Program-made: the position numbers and the translations under genes | DNA from: Octopus vulgaris | Taxonomy: Eukaryota | Direction of reading: 5' to 3' | NCBI GenBank assembly: GCA_951406725.2 | Contig: OX597838.1 | Span: 29,946,001 to 30,010,000 of the forward strand | DNA: 64,000 nucleotides | The notes under the pieces: model-generated | What the model was told of the DNA's origin: nothing | The model's input: the letters and a program-made list of their open reading frames with translations, nothing else | The model's database searches: none | Shown here: positions 14,146 to 27,452 of the stretch, piece after piece | How positions within the stretch are numbered: position 1 is the first letter of the stretch | Layout: each line of letters opens with the position of its first letter

Positions 14146-14436
14146 CAGTGATTGTAAATTTCCTTTTTTTTTTTTTTGTGTAATTTTTATTTTTTGAAAA
14201 GCTTATTTTTATTTTTTTCCCATTTGCTTTTTATTCTTTCCCCATCTCCACCACCAGCTTTCAAGATTGCTTTCCTTCTTACGTATTATATAAAATGCAT
14301 ATATGTATGCGTCTCTCTAATCTGTAATATATACATATACACACACACACATACATACATATATACATATATATATATTATATATATATATTTATATATA
14401 TATATATATATTATATATATATATATAACATATATA

Positions 14437-14473
<37 letters not shown>

Positions 14474-14777
14474 GCATATGTGTATGCGTTGATAATCTGT
14501 ATTAACCAACCTACATCTTACAAAAAAAACGTAAAAAAAAACAAGAAACAGGAAACTGAAAAAAAAACAAAAACAACAGGGATTTAATATTTTTGCTGTT
14601 TTTTTCTTTTAATTTTTATAATAATAATAATAATTATTATTATTACTATTATAGTGATTGATTAATATATATATATATTGATTTCAATATTTAGCTTCCT
14701 CCCCACCCCCTTTCCACCCTTCATCAATATTTCTGAGTACTAAAATTGTGAAATTTAAAAATTTTTAATACTCTACT

Positions 14778-14840
14778 AATAAATATATGTATATTTATAT
14801 ACACTCTAAAATACTGAGTATTCTTAATTTTCTTGTTTTC
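14778..14840 (+). terminator. Candidate distal polyadenylation signal
   Basis: AATAAA at 14778-14783 followed by U-rich ttcttaattttcttgttttc, at the compositional boundary. Confidence 0.35.
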
Positions 14841-15086
14841 AATATTCTATATTAGACACAGTCACTCGCATATCTATTGAAAAATTATTTGTTTTGATTA
14901 TATATTTTAATTCCTTTTGGCGAAAAATGTATTAGATTCTCTCGTGTTTATTTTACATTTTTTAAATTTCTATATCTGGACTACTGTGCTGTTGAGGCCA
15001 GATAAAGACATAAGCGTATCCGTAAATGATCCTCATCTCTGAAACAAAAACCAACACGAACTCAGTTGTGAAATTATTTTAAATTT

Positions 15087-15359
15087 CTTTTATGTGCCGG
15101 TGGCACATAAAAGCACCATCTGTTCGTGGCCGTTTGCCAGCTCTGTCTGGCACCTGTGCGGGTGGCACGTAAAAGTAAAAAGCACCCACTACACTCACGG
15201 AGTGGTTGGCGTTAGGAAGGGCATCCAGCCGTAGAAACACTGCCAGATCTGACTGGGCCTGATGAAGCCTTCTGGCTTCACAGACCCCCAGCTGAACCGT
15301 CCAACCCATGCTAGCATGGAAAACGGACGCTAAACGACGACGATGATGATGATGATGAT
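15087..15359 (+). mobile_element. Retroposon 3' end (gttggcgttaggaagggcatcc domain) with (GAT)n tail
   Basis: The same domain occurs at about 15970-16140 (+) and 21048-21200 (-), the latter joined to an RTE ORF end. Confidence 0.7.
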
Positions 15360-17182
15360 CTCCCCTTCTCACATAGGGTAGCTAACAATTACCGTTAGGT
15401 TTTTGTTTTCTTTCTCTGTGGCGGAAGGAAGTCTTAGTAACTTAAGAATTTATCCTGCACAGTATCGAGTACCCTTACGTTATGTATGCATGAAGTATTT
15501 TGGCTTTTTTTCTAATGTCAGTATGAACAAGAAACCGTGATCCATCGTAGAATTAAACCAAAGGTAAAAAAAAAACGTGAAATATTTAGTGAATGTTGTT
15601 TTCTCCCATTTATTCTGGTCCTCTTTCATCGCTCTCTTTCTGGATCACATAAAACTTCTATCCTCTCCTTCGTTTCTCAATCACCTTGCTTAAAATACTG
15701 CACTTATCATTCACCCCTTCATCACTCTCATCACGTTATTCATACCTCTATCACTCTTCTATGTCACTCTGTAGTGAGACTGTTGGGCAGAGACATGGTG
15801 TTGTGAGGTCCCTTTAGTTCTGCCAAGGACACAGATAATGCTGATGTCACAGAAAGCAAACCCAGTAGACTGTGGAGTATGAGGTGAGGATTCATTAGTT
15901 ATATTGAGGACAAGGCCACTACTCTAGTGTTGGTGTCACGAAGCGGGGAAAAACCCCCCACTAAGCACGCTCTGTGAAGTGGTTGGTGTTAGGAAATTCA
16001 GCTGTAGAAACCGAGCCAAACCCAAACGTGATGGAAATGAGATACCCTACTTTTCTAGATAGGCAGCGCCCTTGAATACGTGCTACTACTAGTCGTGATG
16101 TTTCATCCAACCCATGCCAGCGAGGAAAGCAAATGAAAAACCAGAATGATAGTTATCGTATCGCTTTTTCTATCTGTATTTCATATTTTCTTAGAGATCC
16201 TTTGAAGTTTATTTGGAACTAAACATTACTGGCTCGAGGAATGTTTCGCTTCCAAACAAACTATGGAAATCATGAGGAGAGAGTTAATAACAAAAAGAAG
16301 AAAAAAATATATAAGTAACGTGCCGTTGTTTTTAATACGTTTATTTATTTTTTTCCCCACTTTGTTTGGAAGGGAGCTGTAGCTCCTTCGAGCTTTGATT
16401 TTCAGGGCCCTGAGACTGATTGGAGAAAGGAAGCTATTTTCAAACCAGAGATCTGGCTTAAATACTTTAAACCAGGCTAAACTCTTCCAAAAGCATCGAA
16501 GGATAAGACGGAACAATGTGGTTACTAAGCAGACCCTAAACCAGGCAACAAGAAACAGCCCTAGGGACCAATTTAAGGAATTAATGGTGGGGATTTTCTT
16601 GTAAAGTTACATCCAACATTATAGGAATCAGTTTCCTTATTTTACTTGTGTCAGTTTTTTTACTGCTGCCATGCTGGAGCAACTCTTTGAAAGGTTTTTG
16701 TAAAAAAAAAAAACGACCCCCAGGACTTATTCTTTGTAAGTCTAGTACTTATTCTATGAATATCTTTTGTCGAATCGCTAAGTTACAGGGACATAAACAC
16801 AGCAACATCGGCTGTCCGGCGATGGTGGACACACACACACACACACACACGACGGGTTACTTTCAGTTTTCGCCTACCAAACCCACTCGAGGCTTTGGTC
16901 GGTCCGGGGCTGTAGTAGAAGACACTTGCCCAAGTTGCCGTGCCGTGGGACTGAACCCAGAACCCTGTGGTTGGGAAGCAAGCTTTTTACTACACAACCA
17001 TGCATCTGTTGATGTAGAAAACAATAACAAAATCCGTTGACGCTAACTGGTTCTGTTGTCTTCCCTCTCGGATTAGTTGTTTACGATGCCTAGATGGTTT
17101 GTGCGTTAGCAAGAGATCAAACGTAGAAGGCGGTCAGCGAGAAATCTTTTGTGTGTTACATTTGCTAAATTTCAAACTTTAA

Positions 17183-18903
17183 GCCAGTCTGCTATATAAA
17201 TATCGATACTAACACAACCGAAGATATTTTTAGACACGAATGATTATTTCCCTCTCAACCAGAAACTGAGAGATATTCAATAGAAAGTACATCAATGGAG
17301 CTACACCTGCACAATTATTTCACAACCATCGGAGTGTGAAGCTCCTCCCGACCGCAGATTCGTCAGATGGTTGTGATCTGTTAACAGTTTTGCGTAGTAG
17401 GAACCGGAAAGAGAAGTATGAACACGCAATGCGCTTGTCAAAATAAAACGGAAGAGAATAATAAAAAACGCCATGTCAAACAAGTTATATGATGATCTGC
17501 ATACAACGTCTGGCTCCACTATCATGCAGCCTCGCTGCAGTTTTCTTGTTTCTTTTATAATCTATCAAAACGACTTTTAAGAGAGGTGAACATAAGAGTT
17601 ATACTCGCTTAAGCAGTGCGTTACAAAAATTAATCGTTCATATAATCAGTCTTAAGTTCGTAAAAACACCTTTTTCGTATACAGAGTACAAATCTTAAAA
17701 GCTTTGGTCCAGGATTTGTTTTGATGCAGTAAATTCAAAAGAATGTTAAAACTATTTATTCCATTGTTTTTTTTTTATAGAAATTAGATAGCGTCATGGC
17801 GTTCTTCTTTTGAACTGTGGTTATCGTAGCCATTTTTGAAATATCTAATAGTCATCACTATATAATATCTGTGTGAAAAGTCATCACTATATGGATGGAA
17901 GCACTCCGTCGGTTACGACGATGAGGGTTCCGGTTGATCCGAATCAACGGAACAGCCTGCTCGTGAAATTAACGTGTAAGTGGCTGAGCACTCCACAGAT
18001 ACGTGCACCCTTAACGTAGTTCTCGGGGATATTCAGCGTGACACAGAGAGTGACAAGGCCGGCCCTTTGAAATACAGGTACAACAGAAACAGGAAGTAAG
18101 AGTGTGAGAAAGTTGTGGTGAAAGAGTACAGCAGGGATCACCACCCCCTGCCGGAGCCTCGTGGAGCTTTTAGGTGTTTTCGCTCAATAAACACTCACAA
18201 CGCCCGGTCTGGGAATCGAAACCGCGAGTCCGCTGCCCTAACCACTGGGCCATTGCGCCTCCACCATCACTATATAATATCTGTGTGAAAAGACTGGCTG
18301 CATACACGTTAGCATATGTCAGGAGCATACAATTGACAACACAGTTAATTAAGATTTATTCAGTGAGTTCTATTCAACACGTGTTTACACGTGGAATCTA
18401 TTAGATGAAGGCATTTTCAAAGTTTTGGCCGAAAAAGTTGAACTGAAAAACCCTACAACGAGGCATGAATTGCACGAAGCCGTCTTGCAGTCTTGGGAAG
18501 AGCTATCTGAGCGGAAAATTCGTGGATGTATTCAACATCACTCTCGTGTTCGGCGTCAAATAGTTGACTGTCGTGGTGGTAACAGATTCGTGGAATAAAT
18601 TTTGTGTTTATTTTTGTTTCATAATATATATTTTTTTCGGATGCAGCCAGACTTTTCACACAGTAACAAGCTAACTATCAAGTTGCTGAATATACGAACG
18701 TTCGTTTTTTGTTACGTATTAAGCGAGTATAACTCTATGTTCAGTTAGTGTTACCTCACTTAAAAGTCGTTTTGTGCAGATGTAACCCCCTTGACATAGC
18801 TTCTGTTGAATATTTCCCAGTTTCTGGTTGAGAGGGAAATGTTCATCCAAGTCTAAAAATATCTTTGGTTGTTTTAGTTCTGACATTTATAAAGAAGGGT
18901 AGC
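17183..18903. mobile_element. Old non-autonomous DNA transposon with long imperfect TIRs and TTAA at both ends
   Basis: 17183-17310 plus 17566-17620 is the reverse complement of 18715-18903 (e.g. tttccctctcaaccagaaactg / cagtttctggttgagagggaaa). TTAA at 17179 and 18904. Confidence 0.6.
17893..18263 (-). mobile_element. tRNA-derived SINE, family C, with 28-bp TSD
   Basis: Minus-strand tRNA head; body shared with copies at 27487, 41020(-), 43678, 50882, 52545 and 63075(-). TSD at 17853-17880 and 18265-18292. Confidence 0.85.
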
Positions 18904-19194
18904 TTAAGCCATTGAATGTTGCGGCTTTTCGAATAAAATTATGTTTACTTGCCTGTGTCAAAAATTAATTTTAATGAATTTAATATTAGTATGGGCTCGT
19001 GAGGGCGCTATGTGAGAATTGTTCGACTATCCGTCTTAAATACTGAAAGTAATAAAATAAAGATCATTAATTATAGACAAAAAACACAACAAAGCTTGTA
19101 TTTTATTTCTCCGTTTGATTTCTGTCGCAGTGGGGGTTTGTGTGCAAGACTACAAGCGACTCCCTAAACGAAAAGATCTGAAATTTTTGCAAAA

Positions 19195-19790
19195 TGCACA
19201 CAGGTGTGGCTGTGTGGTAAAAAGCTTGCTTCTTAACCATATGGTTCCGAGTTCAGTCCCACAGCGTGGCACCTTGGCCAAGTGTCTTCTACTGTAGCTT
19301 CGGGCTGACCAAAACCTTGTGAGTGGATTTGGTAGACGGAAACTGAAAGAAGCCCGTGGTATACATACATACATACATATATATATATATAGTTGAAATT
19401 TACGGAAAAACAAAAGACGAAGACAAGTGTATACACACACACACACACATATATATATATAGTTTAGCGGTTCGGCCAAAGAGACCCATAGAATAGCCTT
19501 GTGAGTGGATTTGGTAGACGGAAACTGAAAAAAGCCCGTCGTATATTTATATATGTATGTGTGTGTATATGCTTGTGTGTCTATGTTTGTCCCCACCCAA
19601 CGTCGCTTGACAACCGATGCTGGTGTGTTTATGTCCCAGTAACCTAGCAGTTCGGCAAAAGAGACCGATAGAATAAGTACTAGGCTTACAAAGAATAAGT
19701 TCTGGGGTCGATTTGCTTGACTAAAGGCGGTGCTCCAGCATGGCCGCAGTCAAATGACTGAAATAAATAAAAGAATAAAAGAAAAGAATA
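19195..19790 (+). mobile_element. tRNA-derived SINE, family B (gtggctgtgtggtaa head), internally rearranged
   Basis: Head, duplicated ccttgtgagtggatttggtagacgg segment, internal microsatellite and aaaga tail. Confidence 0.8.
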
Positions 19791-20279
19791 TATATATATA
19801 TATATATATATATAGCACAATAATTTAAATCAATGGGAATAAAGTCAATTGTATGGTACATCATTGTTTCAGTATATGTGGATGATGGATGGGCGAGGGG
19901 TTAACAGAGGAGTAAATCAGCTCTACATTACTGTTCCAATATATCTGGATGTTCAAAAGAAAATGAATTAATAAGGAACAGGATCAGCTGTACATCACTG
20001 TCCCGTTAAAGCTGGATGCTTAAAGGAAGAAGGATTAATAATAAGCAAATGGAACGGAACATTGCCGAAAAGATTAAGACGTGGATAAGCAGAAATAGGT
20101 TTAACTTGTGCTCTGTAAGAAAATGTAATGAATCCACATCAGATATTTATAATGACGAAACATTTGCAACATGTTAGCGAAGAGAAAAACTTCAGCTTTG
20201 CGTTAGACAAAGACGTTTTCCTTTCCGATCCATTCCATGTAAAACAGAAATGTAAAAGCAGAAGAATCAGGCGATTTTT

Positions 20280-20575
20280 TTGTTTTAATGTTTAGGATTA
20301 AAAAGACACAAGATTAAAACCTGATGTTTTAAATGTCGATATAGATTTAAATTGTAAGAACGTGGTGGATTTGTTTTTAAATGTCAACAGAAAGAGATAA
20401 AAAGCGTAAAACCTGTTGTTTTAAATGGCATGAGATAAAAAAGGTAAGAACCTGATGTTTTAAATGACAACAAAGATAAAAAAAAAACAATGGAAAGAAC
20501 CCGTTGGATTTGTTTTTAAATGTGAAAGAAAACGATAATAAAACGAAAGTATTTAGTATTTTAAATCTCAACAAA
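20280..20575. repeat. Degenerate 40-55 bp tandem repeat anchored on TTTTAAATG
   Basis: About seven units ending in aacctg[a/t]tg or tggatttgtt. Confidence 0.6.
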
Positions 20576-20990
20576 GGCGCAGGAGTGGCTGTGTGGTAAG
20601 TAGCTTGCTAACCAGCCACATGGTTCCGGGTTCAGTCCCACTGCGTGACATCTTGGGCAAGTGTCTTCTGCTATAGCCCCGAGCCGACCAATGCCTTGCG
20701 AGTGGATTTGGTAGACGGAAACTGAAAGAAGCCTGTCGTATATATGTATGTATATATATATATATATATGTGTGTGTGTTTGTGTGTCTGTGTTTGTCCC
20801 CCCACCATCGCTTGACAACCGATGCTGGTGTGTTTACGTCCCCGTCACTTAGCGGTTCGGCAAAAGAGACCGATAGAATAAGCACTGGGCTTACAAAGAA
20901 TAGTCCCGGGGTCGATTTGCTCGACTAAAGGCGGTGCTCCAGCATGGCCGCAGTCAAAATGACTGAAACAAGTAAAAGATAAAAGAGAAA
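20576..20990 (+). mobile_element. Family-B SINE, full length
   Basis: tRNA-like head, conserved core, internal (TA)n(TG)n and 3' domain. Further copies at about 16660(-), 24850(-), 25590, 27828 (two heads), 31845, 34043, 36695(-), 41345(-), 44785, 45225 and 50448. Confidence 0.88.
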
Positions 20991-21047
20991 AAAGTTAAAA
21001 AAAAAGAATCTGACGAGATTATTTTTGATTTCAACAGAAACATTTTG

Positions 21048-21760
21048 GGAGGATGCCCTTCCTAACGCCAACCACTCCGAGAGTGTAGTGGGTGCTTTTA
21101 CGTGCCACCGGCACGAGGGCCCGTTTGGTGGTACTGGCAACGGCCACGCCCAAATGGTGCTTTTTACGTGCCACCTGCACAAGAGCCAGTCCAGCGGCAC
21201 TGGCGACGATCTAGCTCGAATATTTCACATCCCACCAGCACAAGTGCTAGTAAAAGGACACGGTAACGATCAAGTTCGAATGGTGTGCTTAACGTGCCAT
21301 TGGCACGAAGGCCAATTCACTCGTACGGTACTCTTAGCGCTCCACTAGCAACGGATGCCTGTCACCGAATTTGATTTCGACTTCGATTTCACTTGCCTCA
21401 ATTGGTCTTCGCAAGCAGAGTTTAGTGTCCAATGAAGAAAAGGTACACATAAGTGGGCTGGTTACACCCCTAGCATAGGCCACAAGGTTATGGTCACACT
21501 TGCACTTGCCGAGCCCTCTGCAGCACAGCATATTTCCAGAGGTCCCGGTCACTAGTCATTGCTTCGGTGAGGCCCAATGTTTGAAGGTCATGCTTCACCA
21601 CCTCATTCCAGGTCTTCCCGGGTCTACCTCTTCTACAGGTTCCCTCAACTGCTAGGGTGTGGCACTTTTTCACGCAGCTATCCACATCCATTCTCGCCAC
21701 ATGACCATACCAGCGCAGTCGTCTCTCTTGCACACCACATCTGATACTTCTTAGGTCCAA
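21048..21760 (-). mobile_element. RTE-clade LINE 3' fragment with UTR
   Basis: RRLRWYGHVARM...EGTCRRGRPGKTW...DRDLW is the typical RTE C-terminus. Confidence 0.85.
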
Positions 21761-21959
21761 CCTATATATACATACATATACCTATACATGATGGCTGCCC
21801 CCTCGTTATCGAGTATGGCCATTGCACGAAGCTTAACTGTTATTGGTGCTGAGATCGAATGTGACTTTTATTTGCTTTTTAAGGCTACAGCCAGCTATTC
21901 AGTTGAGACTCACAGCACTATCAACAATCATGAACAATCCGAAAAGAAGAACAAGTCAA

Positions 21960-22361
21960 CACCATTGGAAACCACTGAGCCGCAGGTTTTATGTCGGAGT
22001 TATCCCAGTTACCTGAGTTACCTTCTCCTAGAAGGATGCCCTAACAAAGGCTAGGAGTCCTTCACTCCCAATGGTTTAACCGCGCGATCGGGTACTCAGT
22101 CCGATTATTTCTATGTCCCTGCGCATGATACAGTCTTAAGCCTTAAAAAAAAAAACAAATACACATTTATTGGATGGCCGTTGATTCTCAAGAGTTCCTC
22201 CGCCCTTTGACGGGTTTTGTTTTTCATCCCGCAGGGTGTCCAATAAACACCCTCCTCACCAAGCAAGCTTGGTGGGGTTGCCGGTTTAGTCGCCGACGAC
22301 CCGACCATGTGACAGGTAGTACTGGGTTACATGTTACCTGTAGCACACGAAAGTGACCTGA
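21960..22361 (-). mobile_element. Probable RTE-type 5' UTR fragments
   Basis: GC-rich and hairpin-rich; the ctaggagaaggtaactc motif resembles RTE 5' UTRs (recalled similarity only). Confidence 0.4.
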
Positions 22362-22926
<565 letters not shown>

Positions 22927-23649
22927 TTTAATTCTTATATAATCGAAAATTACACTGTCTGAAAGGTATTTGTAGAAAATTTCTTCAAAACAAATACCCA
23001 TATTTTTGTTTTAAGTGACGCGGAAACAAAATGCGAGGTGAAGACACACATCATGTCCGGATGTCAATATACCTCTAGGAAGTTATAAAGAAACAAAATC
23101 GAAGGAGTAATTATGCCAAATTGTTATATACAAAAATAAAATATTAAGCTTTTTTCTTACTTCTGTTTGGAGCTATTTCTTCTAAAACGAGCGGCAAAGT
23201 GTTGACACGCCATAGCGTGAATGTCGTCTGCTTTGTTTGAATGTCGTCTGCTTGTTTCATTTAATGACGTGATGATATATATCCTTTAAACAGTGTTCTT
23301 TTTTTTTTTCTCTGTTGTATTTTATTCTATCTTATTTTAATTTTTAATAAAAAAGTGTCTAAATTTATTGAAATAAATAAGTTAACACCGGATAAGAAAG
23401 CAAAAGAGGAAAAAAAAAACAAAAAAAAACATTGTTATAAACTATCACAATAACAATTTTTATTCTCTAACTCTCGCTTTGCTCTGTCGTTTGACACCAG
23501 CACAACTTAGATCGAATGTGTGTGTGTGTATGTGTGTGTGTGTTACCTTTTATATTTTTTTTTAGTAAATAAACTACGGCCGTGCTGGAGCACCACTTTC
23601 AAGAATTTTAGGCACACCAACACAAATTTGTCCCCCCCAACCTCACCCC

Positions 23650-24316
23650 AATTTTGTTTCTTCATAACGTCCAGAAAAATGAATATTCTTCAATAATAGT
23701 TTTCTGCAAGTACGCTTCGGATAATGTAAATTCCAAATGCATCGTAATTTGCTTTGAAAAGGAATATTTTCCGAGGTTGGGGAGAAGAATTTCTGTAAAT
23801 TCAAACGAATCGGCTTTGTTTCCTCATAACGTTTTAAAAAATGGATATTTTGTAATTGAAATTTTCTACAAATACCCATCAGATAATGTAGATTACCATT
23901 ATATCGGAATTTAATGGGAAAGATAAAGTTCTTGGACACGCACAGATACATACTCACATACGTCGCAATTTTCTTCGAAATTTCAAGTTTTATTTCGTAG
24001 ACATATGTCGTGTGTCAGTATGTATGTTGTGCCAGCCCACCAATTGGTTTTCTTATTAAATTCCGATATAATCATCATCTACTCCATCTGAACGGTATTT
24101 GTAAAAAATTTTATTAAAAAATATCCGTTTTTCTGAAAGTTATGAGGGGGAAAAAGCCGACTCGTGTGAATTTTCCGAAATTCCTCTCCTTGTTCTAGGA
24201 AACATTTTTTCCAAAACAAATTCCGATGTAGTTGGCATCTACACCATCTGAAGCGCATTTGTAGAAAATTCCATTGAAGGATATCCATTTCTCTGGAAGT
24301 TATGAGGAAACAAAGT
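23650..24316. mobile_element. Old foldback/MITE-like element with diverged inverted arms of about 270 bp built from subrepeats
   Basis: 23650-23921 is the approximate reverse complement of 24048-24316 (tatatcggaatttaat / attaaattccgatata). Related fragment at 22935-23100. Confidence 0.6.
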
Positions 24317-24445
24317 CAAGTGGAGGACACACTTGTGTTGTTATATCTAATTCCAGCACTGCCCATCACTTGGTTTTGGTTTTTACAAACCCGGGACACT
24401 TATTTTATCATCATCATCACCACCACCACCACCACCACCACCACC

Positions 24446-24492
<47 letters not shown>

Positions 24493-25044
24493 TTTTTTTT
24501 TTGCCGAACTATTAAGTTACGGGGACATAAACACAGCAACACCATTCGTCAAGAGTTGGTGGAACACACACACACACACACACACACACACATCACGGGA
24601 CCGAACCCGGAACTACACATCCGGGACCGAACCCGGAACTATGTGGTTGGAGAACAAACATTTTATCGCACAGCTGCGCCTTCACCTCTATGTATGTGTG
24701 GGAATTTATTGGACGTATTTTGCTCAAATTCTGCCGAGGTTGGATTCAATAGATAAAAAAAAATAACAGTCAACTACAGGAGTCGATGAAATCGATTTGT
24801 TCACTTCCTTCAGTATTGCTGGCTTTGGGTCAAAATTAGCTCTAATTGTTTTTAGTCATTGGACTGCAGCCATGCTGATATACAGCTTTGAAGGGTCTTA
24901 ATCGAACTAATTCATCCCAGGACTTACTTTTTCTGTTTTAAGCCTCGTACTTATTCCATCGACTATTTTTAACCGAACCGCCAAGTTATGGGGACATAAA
25001 CACACCAACACTGGTTGTCAAGCGGGAGTGGAGGGACATATTTA

Positions 25045-25355
25045 TCTTTATATATAAAACTTAAGTTGTGTGTGTGAGAGTCTGTCTACTCCGATTTAGA
25101 TTCCTAACTATTCCCACATTTTGCGGTGCAGTTTAACCAAAAGCGGGTATCTTATAGTCGTGATTCATATCGAGCCCTTCTGGGTATTAGCGCGCGTCTA
25201 CGATGAGTCTACGATTAAAAAAAAAATTACCATCATTTTTTTCGTTTTTTTAAATGCATTTTTTACTCGGTTTTATATAAGGGAAGTAACTCTCTAAAAA
25301 TGCTTATATAGTTATTTCCCTTACAAACCCGAGCAACGCCGGGCGATACTACTAG
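25045..25355 (+). mobile_element. Non-autonomous Helitron nested in a family-B SINE
   Basis: A|TC start, 3' hairpin cccgagcaacgccggg, CTAG|T end; termini shared with 42177-42571. Confidence 0.8.
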
Positions 25356-27034
25356 TATAATATATACAACAGGCTACTTTCAGTTTCCGTCTGCCAAATC
25401 CGCTCACAAGGCTTTGATCAATTTGAGGCTATAGTAGAAGACACTTGCCCAAGGTGTCACGCAGTGGGAATGAACCCAGAATCATGTACTTGGGGAGCAA
25501 ACGTCTTAAAACGCATCCACGCCTACGTCTATTATTTAACATATTTCATTTTCAGTTCATTTTTTTGTCTTTGGAAATATATTTTCCACAGGAGTGGCTG
25601 TGTGGTAAGTAGCTTGCTAACCAACCACATGGTTCCGGGTTCAGTCCCACTGCGTGGTATCTTGGGCAAGTGTCTTCTGCTATAGCCCCGGGCCGACCAA
25701 TGCCTTGTGAGTGGATTTGGTAGACGGAAACTGAAAGAAGCCTGTCGTATATATGTATATATATATATATGTGTGTGTGCCTGTGTTTGTCCCCCTAGCA
25801 TTGCTTGACAACCGATGCTGGTGTGTTTACGTCCCCATCACTTAGCGGTTCAGCAAAATAAGTCCTGGGCTTACAAAGAATAAGTCGATTTGCTCGACTA
25901 AAGGCGTTGCTCCAGCATGGCCGCACTCAAATGACTGAAACAAGTAAAAGAGTAAAAGAGAATATTTCTCTCGAATCTTGCGACAAAAATTTGCAGCCTT
26001 ATCTTCGGCAAAATACCTATTGCTCCAGTCTTTATAAAACCTCTGATACTCTCCATTTCTTGCAAATTGGTTGGTATAAGACAGTCATGTGCGGTTTGCA
26101 GCCTGCGAAACTTTCTGAATGGCACACTTAAGAAAAATGACCTTCAGGTTTTTAGTGATGTGGCCTGACTAATGATGACCATGTTTCGTGCGGACCGCTT
26201 CTCGAAAAAGGTGCCCATGCCTGACATTAGAGATGGCTCCTACACCAATATATTTGGGCTTATCTATTTTAAGGTATTCGCAGGCAATGGGTAAAGGGTA
26301 AAGGCCCCACTTCGATCATGAATGACCATGGGGTTGCGTCTAGAAAGTTCCCTTCCGAGGCACAAGTCGGGGCAAGGTTGTTTTATGGAAGACCAGCAGT
26401 CTCCCATGCACACGAGCCTTCCGTCTCCACGTCACCGATGTTATCCAAGCGAAAAGCAAAGGGGCCGATACAGCTTGGCACCAGTGACGTCGTAACTAAT
26501 TTCTGCAGACGAGTGAAATAAAGGGTCTCTTAAGCAACTATACATAGTCGCCAAATCTCCCTCAAAATCATATCCTGCCTTTGTTTAAAAAAGGGACACG
26601 TTATAATGCATAAACTTAGGTACACTATACTTGAGACCCCCCCCCCCCCAAAAAAAAAAAACTACTATCCGGTATGTGAGCATAAGTGCTTTTATGTGGT
26701 GTCTCATCCTGCTAGAAATAACAGCCAAATCTTCCTGAAATCACATTCTAAACTGCTTGAAAAAGAGCATGCCAAATAATGTGTTTAATTTCTCTGAATT
26801 GATGAAAAGACGGGCTGCTCACGATTGGAATGCTTTTGATCATAGTAGTTTAAACTGCTAGAAATAACAACTACATCTCTCTCAAATCAAAACCTAGTGT
26901 CTTAAACGTAGGGAAGTAAATATTATTCAACGTAGCGTTGCATATATGGAGAGGCGAGGCGGTATGGTAGAAATGTCTTCATTCATTGGTGTGCTGAGTC
27001 ACGCCTGGCTGGAGCCAATCAACAGAAAGTATCA

Positions 27035-27452
27035 GTCGAACCAATTCTACAATATGGCTCAGAAACCTGGACGTTATCAAAGAAGCTTAGAGGCGGTTGG
27101 ATGGAACCTACACTCGCTTCCTTATGAGAGCTCAAAATCTCTCGTGGAAGCGTCATCCAACCAAAATGCAAATATATGGGAAACTACCACCTGTGTTATC
27201 TCTTGTGAAAGGTAGGAGAGTCCAGTTTGCTGGACATTGTTGTAGAGCTGAAAACGAGGCAATTTCTACTCTTCTTCTCTGGAAGCCATCTACTCGTGAT
27301 ACCAAAGGGCGCACACTCTCCTACCCTGGTGTAATCTCCAGGAATACAGGCATCCAGCAACAGGACCTCCGTAATGCTATGATGGACCGTGAAGTCTGGC
27401 ATAGCATGGTAAATTCCATTGTCTCGACCACGGTCGAACAATGATGATGATG
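27035..27452 (+). mobile_element. RTE-like LINE 3' fragment
   Basis: YGSETWTL...DGTYTRFLMR...RRVQFAGHC...DREVW with one frameshift; (TGA)n tail. Confidence 0.85.

Larger units (their letters stand above)
1626..14810 (+). other. Putative very long calsyntenin 3' UTR
   Basis: Continuous block rich in A/T homopolymers and triplet repeats. No LINE or transposase fragments seen, SINEs are almost all sense, and composition changes near 14.8 kb. The end point is inferred. Confidence 0.4.

Noticed and set aside
15255-15290. CTGATGA followed by an AGCC/GGCT hairpin, resembling a hammerhead
   Set aside because: No GAAA box or helix III after the stem.
17320-17376. Hairpin starting UCACAACC, like the miR-67/307 seed
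   Set aside because: Only 11 bp are paired with a large loop, and the remainder does not match a pre-miRNA.
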